Part shown: in pieces, positions 43,416-52,423 of the stretch
Layout: the number at the start of each line of letters is the position of its first letter
Numbering within the stretch: the first letter of the stretch is position 1
Source: a virus
Length of the DNA stretch: 64,000 nt
Virus record (IMG/VR): IMGVR_UViG_3300010354_000051
Span: 1-64,000 of that record
Strand: one strand, 5' to 3'
Notes under the pieces: generated by a model
Database searches by the model: none
The model's input: only the letters and a program-made list of their open reading frames with translations
What the model was told of the DNA's origin: nothing
Translations under genes and position numbers: made by a program

Positions 43416-46400
43416 TTACTTTACCCTTGAGCACTTCAACCCTTTATATATGCGTTCCGCCGCTGCTTTTCTCTTAATATTAGTACTTGAACCAGGATCC
43501 TTGTATCCGTCGCTTCTTTCAAAATACCTATTCCAGATCAGAGCTGCTTCTGACGGAGTTTTTGCTGAATTGATTTCGCCCACTAACTCCCCGCCCACAT
43601 CTCTCTTGGTTTTTATCTCATTAGCCATAAACCTCAATTCGCAATCCAGCCCTGGCTCATTTTTGCACTTAGCAATTATGCTGGTTTGTCTAGATCCACA
43701 CCATTGTGCTATGCCATAGGCTGGTGAACCGCTACAGCCAGCTCCGTCATTTCTACCCGCAATAAGCCCTGACTCCACTTCAAAATTGCCTAGTACGCCA
43801 GCGTATGCCACATTACTAGTTATGCCGACAGACTTCAAAGCGGACATTACCTTCTCTATAGTAACTTTCCTATCCTTAAGATAGCCATCTTCTGGCAAAT
43901 ACTTGCAATCAGAATCTGCAAACCCAGGAGTGTCTAGCGAGCTTGGGCTATACGCAGCTAGGAATTGTCTTAACTCTTCCGCTTCACTACAAATCAACTC
44001 GCAAGAAGACTTGTCACCAATCTTCCAGCATAAATCTCCTGCAGATCGGATATAGCCATAGTAGTCATTAGTCTTGTCAAAATCTCCTGAGATTTTATAA
44101 TCGGACAGATATTTCTCAAATGACGGGGACGGTACTTTTGCCGATGCGTTGCCCCAGTCACTAACTCCGGTCAGTGCCACTCTTAAATCTCCGCCAGTCC
44201 AGGTATATCTAACCGACCGTATAAACCACTTTGAAAACCTTTGCGGTATCCATATTCCAGGATCGATGTTACTCGGCCTGCCATTCTCAACCCAGTCATC
44301 ATATTTTGTTATGAGGGATAGGACGGTTCGGCCTGGGACAATTCTGAGGGCGCGAGGTATGCCCTTGAATTCCGTCTCTATCTCCGCCCCAGCGGCTGCT
44401 GGAGCGCTTTGAACACCTGCCCCGTACCTGGACCCTGCTGCGATGGAATCGGCCCCTCCCTGGACCCCAGAGGTCGAGTCTAGGTGGGCTATGCGGAACA
44501 CACCTTCAGGCGTGCTGATCAGAACCGAGTTACCGAATCCGCCACCACACGATTTGTTCCCCTCAATACAACCCGTAGTCTCAACTTTTTTAACAGTCGC
44601 CCCGTTTTTTAGATATATGGGAGTTCCTTTATCGGCGGGGTAGTCTATTGCCCCGTCGTAGTTATGGTGGCTACTCTTGCCGCTGGACAAATACCCCCTT
44701 CCTCTAACCACTCCGGAGACAGTTACATATCTGTAAAATATCTGGTTAAGTTTTTCTTCTTCGGATATGGCAGATCGGGGTACACATTCAAAGTGTATAT
44801 GCGAGCCGTAAGAATTACCAGTATTGCCTACTCTACCTGCGAAAGTACCACCGACTTGGTTGCCTGGCGAGGATACAGGATTCTTCACCCCTATTTTGTC
44901 TTGCTCGGCAGGAGTCAGATCTTCTAACGGCACGGCATAGTTCCAGACCAGATTAGGGGAGATTGTGATGTTTTGAAAAGCGTTTGACCCCTGAACCATA
45001 AACCGTGTAAACACTGTTTTTGATGTACCCAGCTTATCGTTTTTCTCCACCCTAGCTCCGACTTTAATTGAGCTTTCCATATTCTTCAGACCTCTTGTCT
45101 CTTGAAATATGGTTTTTTTGATGCAGTCTGATTGCTTGTCTTTTTTGCAAATTTGTAGGAAGTATTTTGTGCGAATTGTAACAGATCCGGCGTCAACTGA
45201 CGAAGTCACCACATTGCCTTCGAGCAAAGCCGTACCGGTCTCCCCGGTCACATTAAGCCCGAAGAAATTAACCTTATCCAGCTTCTGATTTGATACAGAA
45301 GGCCCGGCCGTATTCCAAACATAGCCAGAAGACCCCTGGATTGTGGAATACCGGTTTGACAGAGCTTCAAATTGTGAGGGGAAACTTGTCAGGTTTGTTT
45401 TTGCACCGGACAATTTTTGTTTACGTTTGTTAGGTAAGAGATCTTGCAAGATATAGTTCTTTTCTTCGAGACTGGTTGTATCTGTTTCAAATCCTATGCC
45501 CGAGTCATAACCATTGTACTCCAGGTTAAGGTTAAGAATGTCAGGAGGCACGTTTCCACTGATCGAATAGCCTTCAAACAACCCCTTGCCTAGATAGAAT
45601 ACAGAACAGCCCTGGTTTAAATTAGCCCTGGTGCAAATGGATATTTTCTTGGCATATTCCTTGAACGGCAATTTGGAATAACTGCCATTTACACTTCTCA
45701 GGTATTTTTTAATAACTTCCTCGGCTGTTACTGCTGTCTCTCTAAACGTCTCCGGAAATACTAACTTCTGGCTATAGTCAACGTCCGGGCTATTGCAGAA
45801 AGAAACCTTATGGCCGTGTTTTTCAACAATACTTTTCAAACCTTCCTCGATGGTGGTATTTTCAGCGAGCTGATAATTACCGAGGGTTTGGTTGAAGGCG
45901 ATTGTCTGAGAGTCTACTCCTTGCAGCGTTACTTGTGGATATTCTTTACCTTGCTTTACGTCAAATCTTTGAAGGCGGAAATAAGTCTCGAGTGAAAACT
46001 TTTGCCCGCTTATCTCATACCAGAACTTAACAAGGATATGGGCAAAATTGCCCAGGTAAGTCTTAGCTAGATTAGGGTCGGCTATGTCCTGGTATTTCCT
46101 AGTACATTTGTGCTTGCCAGGGTCTTGTCCTGGCAAACACTCCGGTAACAAAATATTGCTGTAAGCAGCTAGTGCCGGGTTGGTATAAGCTGCTGCCGAG
46201 TCAAACAGTGCGGCCCAAGCCACTCCAGTCATATACGGATCGGACAAAGTCACGTTGACTGTCGAGCCGGATAACGAGTTGACGAATTGACCAAGTTCTG
46301 TTCGACTATCCTGGTTCTGGGTGATTGGGTCGGGAACCCAATTCAGATCCATTCTAACCGATACGACTTGTCTCTCGTCAAACGGGATTATCTTGTCCGA

Positions 46401-46451
46401 TCCGTAAGGTCTATACCCTACAACGCACTTGCAGCGGTACAGAGATGACAC
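43416..46451 (-). CDS. Baseplate hub / tail lysin: hub-like N-terminus, permuted M23 peptidase and phage tail lysozyme
   Basis: M23 motifs GNTGNSYGSHIHFE and AIDY..GTPIY..FGNSV..AHL. C-terminal GVLGNFEVESG..YGIAQW..RYFERS matches the phage tail lysozyme. Confidence 0.8.
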   Translation of the reverse strand: MSSLYRCKCVVGYRPYGSDKIIPFDERQVVSVRMDLNWVPDPITQNQDSRTELGQFVNSLSGSTVNVTLSDPYMTGVAWAALFDSAAAYTNPALAAYSNILLPECLPGQDPGKHKCTRKYQDIADPNLAKTYLGNFAHILVKFWYEISGQKFSLETYFRLQRFDVKQGKEYPQVTLQGVDSQTIAFNQTLGNYQLAENTTIEEGLKSIVEKHGHKVSFCNSPDVDYSQKLVFPETFRETAVTAEEVIKKYLRSVNGSYSKLPFKEYAKKISICTRANLNQGCSVFYLGKGLFEGYSISGNVPPDILNLNLEYNGYDSGIGFETDTTSLEEKNYILQDLLPNKRKQKLSGAKTNLTSFPSQFEALSNRYSTIQGSSGYVWNTAGPSVSNQKLDKVNFFGLNVTGETGTALLEGNVVTSSVDAGSVTIRTKYFLQICKKDKQSDCIKKTIFQETRGLKNMESSIKVGARVEKNDKLGTSKTVFTRFMVQGSNAFQNITISPNLVWNYAVPLEDLTPAEQDKIGVKNPVSSPGNQVGGTFAGRVGNTGNSYGSHIHFECVPRSAISEEEKLNQIFYRYVTVSGVVRGRGYLSSGKSSHHNYDGAIDYPADKGTPIYLKNGATVKKVETTGCIEGNKSCGGGFGNSVLISTPEGVFRIAHLDSTSGVQGGADSIAAGSRYGAGVQSAPAAAGAEIETEFKGIPRALRIVPGRTVLSLITKYDDWVENGRPSNIDPGIWIPQRFSKWFIRSVRYTWTGGDLRVALTGVSDWGNASAKVPSPSFEKYLSDYKISGDFDKTNDYYGYIRSAGDLCWKIGDKSSCELICSEAEELRQFLAAYSPSSLDTPGFADSDCKYLPEDGYLKDRKVTIEKVMSALKSVGITSNVAYAGVLGNFEVESGLIAGRNDGAGCSGSPAYGIAQWCGSRQTSIIAKCKNEPGLDCELRFMANEIKTKRDVGGELVGEINSAKTPSEAALIWNRYFERSDGYKDPGSSTNIKRKAAAERIYKGLKCSRVK

Positions 46452-46456
46452 TAGTA

Positions 46457-47179
46457 TTAGCCGATAGCAGTTACAGTAGCTGTAGCGCCGCTACCCGTGC
46501 CGTTGCTTTGGCCAGCATGAGTAGTGTCGATTGTCAGGCTAGCTATGCTACCGACAGCGAAGCCATTACCAGCAGAGCTGATAGAGGTGATGTTGGTAAC
46601 CAGGCCCGAGCTAATGTCGCCAACCACTTTAGCTGCGACATACTGAGCCGGATCAATTTGATCACCGACAGCCAGGGTAGCATTGAACACCACGCCGGTA
46701 GAAGTGCCTGTACCCGCACCATTTTTAGAATAGCCAGAACCCTGGGCGGTACGAGTGATAGTCACAATCGGGCCGACAGGGATTACATAGTCTACAATGG
46801 CGGACAGGACCACACTTAGCTTATAGACCGCTACCATGAAATGGTAATCACCTTCGCCGGCAATACCTACAAAGCGGCTTACATTGACCAGATTGTCATT
46901 AAGGCTATTTTTATAGGGATTGGTAGGAACGTCAGGGTTGTTGACCAGAGCTTCGATAATAAGTTCGAGAAGTCCGTATGCGTATTGCTTTGAGGAAAAC
47001 CCCATACTCGGACCGCACTCGACAAACTTGTTGTAGAGGGATGTGCGGATGGCCGGAGTATTGCCGTTTTGGTTATAGTCCAGAACTAGCTTATCAGCCA
47101 GAACCGTGCTGAAAAAATCCTGCAGTTCGAGTTTATAGTTGAACTCAAGACCGACTAGTCGTCTCAGGGTAGTTGACAT
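46457..47179 (-). CDS. Virion structural protein (cyanophage-like beta motif)
   Basis: C-terminal ITSISSAGNGFAVG..GSGATATV. Confidence 0.6.
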   Translation of the reverse strand: MSTTLRRLVGLEFNYKLELQDFFSTVLADKLVLDYNQNGNTPAIRTSLYNKFVECGPSMGFSSKQYAYGLLELIIEALVNNPDVPTNPYKNSLNDNLVNVSRFVGIAGEGDYHFMVAVYKLSVVLSAIVDYVIPVGPIVTITRTAQGSGYSKNGAGTGTSTGVVFNATLAVGDQIDPAQYVAAKVVGDISSGLVTNITSISSAGNGFAVGSIASLTIDTTHAGQSNGTGSGATATVTAIG

Positions 47180-47223
47180 TTTACTACGAGTGGGAATTAC
47201 CCAGATTCTAAATCTTCAATTAG

Positions 47224-47231
47224 CTTTCAAC
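47224..47231 (-). promoter_or_regulatory. Possible late promoter GTTGAAAG
   Basis: 44 nt upstream of the ATG at 47179; lacks the +7/+8 AG. Confidence 0.4.
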
Positions 47232-47236
47232 ACTGT

Positions 47237-47569
47237 TTAGACTTGCCGGATTCTTAAAACACCCTGGTAGTGATACAATCCGCCTATGGCAACAGGGGGA
47301 GTTGCCGCTGCTGCTAGTGTATCGCTAGCAAACTCCCTCAGTCCAGTAAAATCTATTGTGGAAAATGGGACAGGTTTACCTTCTCCTAGCTCTTTGACTA
47401 CACCCTCAGAGTCAACGTAAAGTATCTCTGAGTGAACTTCGTTTAAGAACAGTTCTCCTCTTTTTACATTTTGGCTATCTTCGTCATATAAATCTTGAAC
47501 GAATTGTTTTCTTTTATTAGGATCTGAGGTAAATCTAACCCCCCAGCGTCCTTTAGGCTCTGCTGTCAT
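47237..47569 (-). CDS. Hypothetical protein
   Basis: 110-aa ORF with the promoter motif 24 nt upstream. Confidence 0.7.
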   Translation of the reverse strand: MTAEPKGRWGVRFTSDPNKRKQFVQDLYDEDSQNVKRGELFLNEVHSEILYVDSEGVVKELGEGKPVPFSTIDFTGLREFASDTLAAAATPPVAIGGLYHYQGVLRIRQV

Positions 47570-47593
47570 CGGTTTACACTGTTCTCTTCTCAG

Positions 47594-47601
47594 CTTTCAA
47601 C
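47594..47601 (-). promoter_or_regulatory. Candidate late promoter GTTGAAAG-N6-AG
   Basis: 24 nt upstream of the ATG at 47569. Confidence 0.75.
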
Positions 47602-47638
47602 TTTTGCTAGAATAGACCTGTCTCTCCTCCTACCCTCT

Positions 47639-48205
47639 GTGGAAATTATTGTTGTTCTGGGCGCAGATCGAGTGGGTAAATCTACCCTTATCAGAAAAAC
47701 AGAAGCTTTGTGTAAAAGTGCCGCAGTCAGTTCTCACATTTGGCATTTTTCAGAAGTCAAGCCCTGGCACCATTCTCCAATCGACCAGTTTTTGAAAAAA
47801 TTCGATGAGATGAAAGCAATTAGACAAGATTTACAACCGCAGTATTTGCTTATCGATCGCTTTGTCTCTGATACACTTTTCTACGAACCTTATAGAAACA
47901 GATTTGAGAAAGTAGATCCCTCCTGGGCCAGGTCAGTTGAGTCTGGATTGCTAGAGCTGAGTAGTTCTGTTGAGTATGTACTTCTCGAGCACGGTTGGGA
48001 CGAGGAGATGGTAAAGAGGCATACTGAGGAGATAAAGCGAGAAGGTAAGAATGCGGTTAGCAAATACTGGATAGACCTGAATCTAGAGGTAAGGAAAAAA
48101 GAGCATTTTGAATACTACAAACACACTGGCTGGTATCTGTCGAAGTCGACAAATATCCCCTGCCGGTATATCGGACCGGATAGTTCAACCCTGTTGAAAG
48201 TTTAG
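47639..48205 (+). CDS. P-loop nucleotide kinase (thymidylate/dNMP kinase-like)
   Basis: IIVVLGADRVGKST Walker A and LLIDRF..S..FY motif. Confidence 0.7.
   Translation: MEIIVVLGADRVGKSTLIRKTEALCKSAAVSSHIWHFSEVKPWHHSPIDQFLKKFDEMKAIRQDLQPQYLLIDRFVSDTLFYEPYRNRFEKVDPSWARSVESGLLELSSSVEYVLLEHGWDEEMVKRHTEEIKREGKNAVSKYWIDLNLEVRKKEHFEYYKHTGWYLSKSTNIPCRYIGPDSSTLLKV
48193..48200 (+). promoter_or_regulatory. Candidate late promoter GTTGAAAG-N6-AG heading the phoH leader
   Basis: Full motif, 19 nt upstream of a uORF ATG at 48220. Confidence 0.65.
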
Positions 48206-48219
48206 TAGGTGAAACTTTT

Positions 48220-48246
48220 ATGACCGAGCTACGCTCGAAACCATAA
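48220..48246 (+). other. 8-codon upstream ORF (MTELRSKP*) in the phoH leader
   Basis: ATG ACC GAG CTA CGC TCG AAA CCA TAA, between the promoter motif and the terminator. Confidence 0.45.
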
Positions 48247-48252
48247 TCACTC

Positions 48253-48280
48253 GCGGGGCGAACTATCGTCCCGCTTTTTT
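48253..48280 (+). terminator. Rho-independent terminator / attenuator 14 nt before phoH
   Basis: GCGGGGCGA-ACTA-TCGTCCCGC (9 bp, one G-U pair) followed by TTTTTT. Confidence 0.75.
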
Positions 48281-48294
48281 GTACTTACATTCTG

Positions 48295-49038
48295 ATGGCT
48301 AAAGGCAGAACCAGGAAACAGAAGATCGTCGTACCCGGTTATGACGAGATGGCTTATGGGCTACCTCACCGCTCCAGTGAAGCAGAGGTACGCCGGATTC
48401 ACCCTATGAATGAGAATCAGTCCGCTGCTCTGGACTATCTCCGTTCTAAAACGTTGACTATTTTGACTGGACCTCCCGGCACAGCAAAAACTCTTCTGTC
48501 GGTTTACGTTGCCTGCGAAAAGCTTCAAAAAAGAGAGATAGACAAGATCTATTATGTTAAGCCTATTGTCGATGTGCCTGGAGAGAAGGGTATCGGGTTT
48601 TTGCCTGGAGACAAGTCAGAGAAACTCGATCCGCATTTCGCTTCGTTAAAAGATGCGTTGTGTGTGTTTATGGCCAAGGGTAAATGTGATTATCTTATTG
48701 ATAAGAAAATCATCGAGTTTATACCTATTGGCGACTTGAGGGGGCGGTCTCTAGACCGATGTTTTATTATCGCTGACGAGATGCAGAATGCTTCGACCCA
48801 TAGCGTTCTGACAATACTTACCCGACTGGGCGAAAATAGCTACATCTCGCTGATGGGAGACACTGTACAAAGAGACTTATCTCTTCGATACGGTGAGGAC
48901 GGGTTATCCGATGCTCTGAACAGGCTAGGCAAATTCAAAGAAGATGTTGGCCACGTTCAGTTTAGCATTGACGATATTGTCCGGTCCGGGTTTGTGAAGA
49001 ATGTTATACTTTCTTATTCTGACCTGTACCAGAAATAG
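48295..49038 (+). CDS. phoH: PhoH-family ATPase
   Basis: NENQ, GPPGTAKTLL, GFLPGD..EKLDP, LRGRSL, IIADEMQN and LTRLGE..GD..QRD; ends DIVRSG.V. Confidence 0.92.
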   Translation: MAKGRTRKQKIVVPGYDEMAYGLPHRSSEAEVRRIHPMNENQSAALDYLRSKTLTILTGPPGTAKTLLSVYVACEKLQKREIDKIYYVKPIVDVPGEKGIGFLPGDKSEKLDPHFASLKDALCVFMAKGKCDYLIDKKIIEFIPIGDLRGRSLDRCFIIADEMQNASTHSVLTILTRLGENSYISLMGDTVQRDLSLRYGEDGLSDALNRLGKFKEDVGHVQFSIDDIVRSGFVKNVILSYSDLYQK

Positions 49039-49237
49039 ATTTATTTCTTAGGACGGCCTCAGCTCCGGAGGGGAAAAACACTCCTCCGGTAAACATCCAA
49101 CGCTCTAGACAAGCGTTGGGGTTTTTATCTCCCCAGGCCCAGTTAGGTATTTCACACATTGAGAGGAAAGCCAGGCAGAAAATTAACTGACCGGCCAGAA
49201 ATACATACGACTCTATCGTGTTGAGTTTTTTCTCCAT
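49004..49237 (-). CDS. Small membrane protein
   Basis: 77 aa with hydrophobic segments. The promoter motif is placed so that its +7 A is the A of the ATG. Confidence 0.6.
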   Translation of the reverse strand: MEKKLNTIESYVFLAGQLIFCLAFLSMCEIPNWAWGDKNPNACLERWMFTGGVFFPSGAEAVLRNKSISGTGQNKKV

Positions 49238-49243
49238 ACCCGG

Positions 49244-49251
49244 CTTTCAAC
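49244..49251 (-). promoter_or_regulatory. Candidate late promoter GTTGAAAG (leaderless transcript predicted)
   Basis: 6 nt upstream of the ATG at 49237. Confidence 0.65.
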
Positions 49252-49260
49252 TTTTGCCAA

Positions 49261-49268
49261 GTTGAAGG
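49261..49268 (+). promoter_or_regulatory. Candidate late promoter variant GTTGAAGG-N6-AG
   Basis: 20 nt upstream of the ATG at 49289; back-to-back with the 49244 site. Confidence 0.65.
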
Positions 49269-49288
49269 CTTATTAGCTCTGGGTTGGT

Positions 49289-52200
49289 ATGGCAACTAAG
49301 TTTGATACCGGTTTAACTCTCTCCGGTCAGACGTTAATAGAATCTCTAACGAAAAAGATTAACAAGAGGGAAATAGACAAAAAGTATATAGGTTTGCAGA
49401 GATCGCTAGCTCTGTCCGACCTGACCAATCGTAGCCAAGCTCTGAATAATATACTGAGCGGAATCAGCAATCTTGAGACCTCGGAGAGAAATCAATATGG
49501 GAGTATTTTTAACTCGTCAGATTGGAATGTTACTGGTGATTTTATACAACAGGGAATTAACAAAAACTTCCTCAGCCAGTTAAATTTCAGTAGCAGTTTG
49601 CAGGGGCAGGTCTCGGTCACTCCGCGAATTAGGATACAAGATCAGATCACTTCCCTTAATTCTTTCTATGGCGAAGGTAGTTTTCCTGGTTACCATAACG
49701 GACTCGATGCTCAGTTTTACAAACCGCCCCAGCCCGCCCACAAGGGGTTTATTAAGTTTGACTTTAATGACCTGACTGGTAGTGTAACTGTAAGCGAGCT
49801 GATTGGTACAGACGGAGTAACAACACTCTCACCCTCCAGTTTGCTAAATGGCAAGTCTCAAATAGTTGTTATTTTAGATAGTTATACAGCTAGTTCGGGG
49901 GAGAAGATTTCTCTAACGGGGGTGGAAGTGAACCTCAAGTTGGTCTCTCCTACTACATGGTCAGTGAGTCAAGGTCTGAGTAAGCTTATTGCTGTAAAAA
50001 ACTCTTTGATCGGGTCTGATGTGTTCTCAGGTCTGGCTTTTAGGTTTTCTCAGGAGTACACGCTACTAAACCCGCCTCCTTGGTTTGCCCAATCTCCCGC
50101 AAACGCTGCGGTTGAAGCAGGTGCTGATGATTTAAATCCGGCCACATCCCACAGGCTATTGGTTGAGTCAAATGGGTCGTATGTGCCGGTAAAAAATAAG
50201 GGGTACTGGTATACTAAATCGGCTATTTTTGACCGCTGGTCGGCTAATGAGCAGGGGTCTATAACACTTGTACAAACAGATTATAATAAAGTTTTTGTTC
50301 TAGACTCCAATATGGAGTGGAAAGAACCCCCTACCGAACTCAAGTCAGAAGTTGGTAATTGGGGAGTGAGATGGGACGGTTATATTAAAATTGTTCCGGA
50401 TAACTATTTGTTCCAAGTGCAGACAAATGTCTTGGTGAAGATAGATATGGCTATAGGGGCTAATAGCTCCTGGGTGAATGTATTTGACAGCACTTCCGAC
50501 CCGGTTTTGTCTGATGTGGAGAGCGGCTATGTCTCCTCTCAATCTTTTGATGGCTCGACTATATCCGAACAGTTTAAATACTATACCTCGGCTGTTGATT
50601 GGAGCGCGTATGTACCTATAACAATACGGATGTATTACGGGCAGGCTGACAGAGCATTCCCTAACATACTATCCCCCCAACAACCTAATCTTTTTATAAA
50701 AACTACCACCCTTACCACACCTGTTGCGTATTCCGATGCGAATTATGAAATAACAATAGCTGGTTCGGACGTTAGCGGCTGGACTATTACCAGTCCGGCC
50801 CTTGCTGATATAATCTCAGCTCTGCAAAATACTCAAATCTCCGTAACTTATACAATAACTGGTACGGCTTCTGGGAGCGTTCTGCCCGTGCCCGTGCTAA
50901 TTAATATGACCACGGATGGGACAACCGTTTCCAGTATTAGCCAGTTAGGTCTAGATCCGGGGAGCTATGTGCTAAAGTTGACCCCGTATCGGTCTGACTC
51001 TTATATTAGAAATGCTAAGCCGTTATGGAGGGGTAGGTTAGCTTCCCCGTCACCCGACCATCAGAACTATAGCGATATGACAGACGGGAGCTTCTCTCCC
51101 GATTTGCTCAAAACCAGTTTTGACATGAGGCCGGAGTGGTGGAAGATAACTCGCGGCCACCCGTATAACATCGCTCTGCCCCCATCACGTACCAACACTC
51201 CTCTGGACGGTTTTCTTACAAATAAGTTTAAGCCTGTATTAAGTTCTGAGGCTACTGGAGTCGGGCTTTATGGATCGGGTGACGGGGTAACATTCTCATC
51301 TCGACCAAACATTATATGCGGTGAAGCCAGGTATAGCACTTCAGACCCCTTGGGATCAAACTATACCGGAATCAGGCTTTTGTCCAATAGTTTCGGCGAG
51401 GGAGGTAGGCTAATTGTTAACGCACTACCTTTAAATAACTCTCTGTACAACAGCCCTGATTTGCTAGGTCAGAATGACCTGGGCGGTTCTCCCAATCATT
51501 TAACAGCCGGATCAACTAATCTAATCAGCTATATAGCCAGGTTATATTTGAGAGAGACTGCTTCTCCAGCAGATTTGTACAATAAGTACTATTTAATAGC
51601 TAATCCTACTCTGGCTACGGCTAGTGATGATCCGACTGCCTGGGGGCTGCCACCTTTCTCAAGCCCTTTGTGGTTGTCTCCAATCACCGTTTTTGTGGTC
51701 AGTGTAGCGGACGATCTACTTTTTACAACCAATGTAAAGAGTTTAGTCTCTCCGTTAACACTATCCGTGGAGAAGAAGACAGTGTCAGGGTTTGATCTGC
51801 TGTGTTTCACTACTACACAGAGCTCGATATTAGTTGGCGGGTCGGAGAAAGTAGACTTTGCTTCTAAGTATGTAAATTTCTACACCGAGTCGAATATAGC
51901 CTTTCAGTACGGCAGAGTAGATACTGGAGACTCGTTGTCATTTGCTGATTGCTTAAAAATTACCTATGTAAATAACGAACTACAGCCCTTGGATAGTGAA
52001 GTACCCCGCCCTCCTTCAGATAGGGTGACGCCGTTCGGATTTGACAGACCGCAGTTTACTAAGGACTTGTGCTACCCACCTTATGTAATTAACAATCCGT
52101 TACTATCTGACATAGCCGTCGAAGATACAGCCCTTTATTCAGCTCCTGCTGGGAACTACGACGTTTTCTGGGGAGATAATACTAAAGCAGCTTTGGGGGG

Positions 52201-52423
52201 CAATACCCTAACCCTGCTGCAGAAGTTAGAATTTCAGTCATACGATAAGACCTCCGTTCAAACTGTCTCTAATGTAACCCTGCAAACATCATTCTATACA
52301 CATAAAATGAAGATTGAATTGCCTATTGATACGGACGTATACGATCAAGACGTTACTGAGTTTTTCGGCAATGGGGAATCAGTTAAGGACTCGTTTTACC
52401 TATTTGTTAGCTTAAATGGCTAG
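49289..52423 (+). CDS. Large virion structural protein with a PA14-like domain
   Basis: 1044 aa; LSDLTNRSQALNNIL N-terminal motif and WGVRWDGYI..YLFQVQT (PA14-like). Confidence 0.6.
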   Translation: MATKFDTGLTLSGQTLIESLTKKINKREIDKKYIGLQRSLALSDLTNRSQALNNILSGISNLETSERNQYGSIFNSSDWNVTGDFIQQGINKNFLSQLNFSSSLQGQVSVTPRIRIQDQITSLNSFYGEGSFPGYHNGLDAQFYKPPQPAHKGFIKFDFNDLTGSVTVSELIGTDGVTTLSPSSLLNGKSQIVVILDSYTASSGEKISLTGVEVNLKLVSPTTWSVSQGLSKLIAVKNSLIGSDVFSGLAFRFSQEYTLLNPPPWFAQSPANAAVEAGADDLNPATSHRLLVESNGSYVPVKNKGYWYTKSAIFDRWSANEQGSITLVQTDYNKVFVLDSNMEWKEPPTELKSEVGNWGVRWDGYIKIVPDNYLFQVQTNVLVKIDMAIGANSSWVNVFDSTSDPVLSDVESGYVSSQSFDGSTISEQFKYYTSAVDWSAYVPITIRMYYGQADRAFPNILSPQQPNLFIKTTTLTTPVAYSDANYEITIAGSDVSGWTITSPALADIISALQNTQISVTYTITGTASGSVLPVPVLINMTTDGTTVSSISQLGLDPGSYVLKLTPYRSDSYIRNAKPLWRGRLASPSPDHQNYSDMTDGSFSPDLLKTSFDMRPEWWKITRGHPYNIALPPSRTNTPLDGFLTNKFKPVLSSEATGVGLYGSGDGVTFSSRPNIICGEARYSTSDPLGSNYTGIRLLSNSFGEGGRLIVNALPLNNSLYNSPDLLGQNDLGGSPNHLTAGSTNLISYIARLYLRETASPADLYNKYYLIANPTLATASDDPTAWGLPPFSSPLWLSPITVFVVSVADDLLFTTNVKSLVSPLTLSVEKKTVSGFDLLCFTTTQSSILVGGSEKVDFASKYVNFYTESNIAFQYGRVDTGDSLSFADCLKITYVNNELQPLDSEVPRPPSDRVTPFGFDRPQFTKDLCYPPYVINNPLLSDIAVEDTALYSAPAGNYDVFWGDNTKAALGGNTLTLLQKLEFQSYDKTSVQTVSNVTLQTSFYTHKMKIELPIDTDVYDQDVTEFFGNGESVKDSFYLFVSLNG

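Noticed and set aside
43396-43719. 107-aa plus-strand ORF and similar short antisense ORFs throughout the structural genes
   Set aside because: Fully antisense to well-supported long genes, with no motifs or start context.
6201-49251. GTTGAAAG resembles the 3' end of some cyanobacterial CRISPR repeats (e.g. type V-K)
   Set aside because: Copies are isolated, only 8-9 bp long, lack the rest of a repeat and regular spacers, and track gene starts. No array or cas gene is present, so a promoter is the simpler explanation.
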